This document shows, one piece after another, positions 61,735-64,000 of a stretch of DNA of 64,000 bases (positions within the stretch are counted from its first letter, which is position 1; every line of letters begins with the position of its first letter). Below the pieces are notes generated by a model, which was given only the letters and a program-made list of their open reading frames with translations, did not search any database and had not been told where the DNA came from. The DNA comes from Mobula hypostoma. Taxonomy: Eukaryota. The stretch is from contig NC_086097.1 of assembly GCF_963921235.1 (NCBI RefSeq), forward strand, positions 199,642,001 to 199,706,000, read 5' to 3'. The position numbers were made by a program, and so were the translations under genes.

Positions 61735-63900
61735 CCAAGACCATAAGACATAGGAAACATCCTACTCCACATCCAATCTATCTAAACCTTGCAATATTAG
61801 AAAGGTTTCAATGAGATTCCCTTTCATTCTTCTAAACTCCAGTGAGCACAATCACAGAGCCATCAAATGCTCCTCATATGTTAACCCATTCATTCCCAGA
61901 ATCATTCTCATGAACCTCCTATGGACCATCTCCAATAACAACATATCTTTTCTTAGATAAGAGGCCTAAAGTTGCTCACAATATTCCAAGTGAATGCTGA
62001 CCTATACCTTATAAAGCCTCAGCATCACATCCTTGCTCTTATATTCAAGTCCTCATGAAATGAATGCTGACATTGCATTTGCCTTTCTTACCACAAACTC
62101 AACCTACAAGTTAACTTTTAGGGAATCCTCCATAAGGACCTGCACCTCTGATTTTTGAATTTTCTCCCCATTTAAAATTGGTTTATGACTTTATTCCTTC
62201 TACAAAAGTGTATGAACATCCACTTCACTACACTATATTCCATCTGCCACTTCTTTGTCCGTTCTCTCAATCTATCCAAGATCTTCAGTAGACTTCCTGT
62301 TTCCACAACAATACATGCCCCGCTACCTATCTTTGTATTGTCTGCAAACTTGGCCACAAAACCATCAATTCCTTCTAATATGGAAAGAAGAAGCCCCAAT
62401 ATTGACTCCTGCAGAAAGCCACTAATCATCAGCAACCAACAAGAATGGACTCCCTTTATTCTGGCTCTCAGTCTCCTGCCCAGCAGCCAATCTTCTATCC
62501 ATGCTGGTATCTTTCCTGTAATACCATCGACTCTTATCCCGTTAAGCAGCCTCATGGGTGAGAACTTGTCAAAGGCCCTCTGAAAACCCAAGTAAACAGC
62601 AACCACTGGCTCTCCTTTGTCTACCTGCCTGTGGATTTCTCAAAGAATTCCAACAGATTTGTCAGGCAAGATTGCCCCTTAAGGACAATATGCTGGTAAT
62701 AGCCTACTTTATCATGTGCCACCAAATACCCTAAAACCTCATCCTTAATAATGGACTTCAACATTATAAAGTTAGGCTAACTGGTGTATAATTTCCTTTC
62801 TTCTGCCTCCCTCCCTTCTTAAAGAGTTGAGTGACGTTTGCAATTTTACAGTTCTCTGGAATCATTCCAGCATTTAGTGATTCATGAAAAATTGTTACTA
62901 ATGCCTCCATAGTCCCTTCAGGGTTCTTTCAGAACCCTAGAGTGTCATTCATCTGGTCCAGGGACTTATCTACCTTCAAATCTATCAGTTTTCCTAGCAC
63001 CTTCTCCTTTGTATTAGCAACTGCACTCACTTCTTCCCCTGACACCCTCGGATTTCGGCCATATAGCTAGTGTCTTCCACAGTGAAGACTAATGCAAAAT
63101 ACTTATTAAGTTCTTCTGCCATTTCTTTGTTTCCCATGATCACCTCTCCAGCATTATTTTCCAATGGGTCAATATCCATTCTTGCCTCTCTTTTATGCTT
63201 TATATAGCTGAGCAGTCTTTTGGTACAATTTGTTTCATTGACATTATTGATTCGTATACCTTCATATTTAATCTTTTCTCTATTTGTGATTTTTTAATTG
63301 CTTCTATTGGTTTGAAAAAGTTACCCAATCCTCTAACTTCCCACTATTTCTTGCTATATTATATGCCCTCTCTTTTCCTCTTATGGTGTTTTTGACTTCT
63401 CTTGTCAGCCACGGTTGTCTCATCCTCCATTCAGAATACTACTTCAGAATACTTCTTTGGAATGTATCTATCCTTCACCTTCCAAATTGCCCCAGGAATC
63501 CCAGCCATTGTTGTTCTGCTGTCATCTAGCTAGTTTCCCCTCCCAATCAACTTTGGCCAGCTCCTCTTTCTTGCACTTCTGATTCTTTTTACTCCACTTT
63601 AATACATTTGATACTCCACTTTAATACATTTGACTTCATCTTCTGCCACTCAAACTACAGGGTGAATTCTATCATATTATGATCACTGTCTTTTAAGGGT
63701 TCCTTTACCTCAAGCTTCCTAATCAAATTTGGGTCATTACATGACACCCAATCCAGCATTGCCTTTCCCCTGGTGGACTCAACCACAAGCTGCATTAAAA
63801 AGCCATCTCGTAAGCATTCTATAAACTCCCTTTTGGGATCCAGCACCAACCTTATTGTCCCAATCTACCTGTATTTTGAAATCCCCCATGACTATTGCAA
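61735..63900 (-). mobile_element. Old CR1 ORF2 (endonuclease to 3' tail), internally deleted
   Basis: Reverse tail CAAGACCATAAGAC; YLGFQRAFDK, FVAKFADNTK, SDHNMIEF. Confidence 0.9.
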
Positions 63901-63914
63901 GTTCACCCTTGTTA

Positions 63915-64000
63915 TTATATAGGCATCAGTTAGTCTCATGAGACCATGGATTTGTACCTTGGAAGGTTTCCAGGGCGCAGGCCTGGGCAAGGTTGTATGG
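63915..64000. mobile_element. Start of another interspersed repeat, probably RTE-derived; runs off the window
   Basis: GCAGGCCTGGGCAAGGTTGTATGG resembles 10917-10940. Confidence 0.4.

Overview
Eukaryotic, repeat-dense genomic DNA; the retroelement families suggest a cartilaginous fish, probably a ray (inference). I could not support any host gene exon. Most of the window is nested transposable elements: many CR1 LINEs (one near full-length, 12771-17290), Rex1/Babar LINEs, Neptune-type Penelope-like elements (PLEs) with inverted pLTRs, an Ingi/Vingi fragment, a young 5'-truncated L1 (56216-59576), a deleted HERO-type (R2-group, REL endonuclease) LINE, a deleted Gypsy provirus with a tRNA-Pro-like PBS, several solo LTRs, RTE-derived non-autonomous elements, and hAT-Charlie, Tigger and Tc1-like DNA elements. 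The most interesting signal is an RNA structure in the HERO 3' UTR (32468-32585). It contains every canonical hammerhead core nucleotide (CUGAUGA, GAAA, GUC, G10.1-C11.1), but in a strand order that fits none of types I/II/III. The predicted fold is doubly pseudoknotted, closed by a perfect 12-bp stem, and carries a Kt-7-like kink-turn. The PLE pLTRs also carry the known minimal type I hammerheads (five clear copies plus older decayed ones). All structures were folded by eye and are untested.
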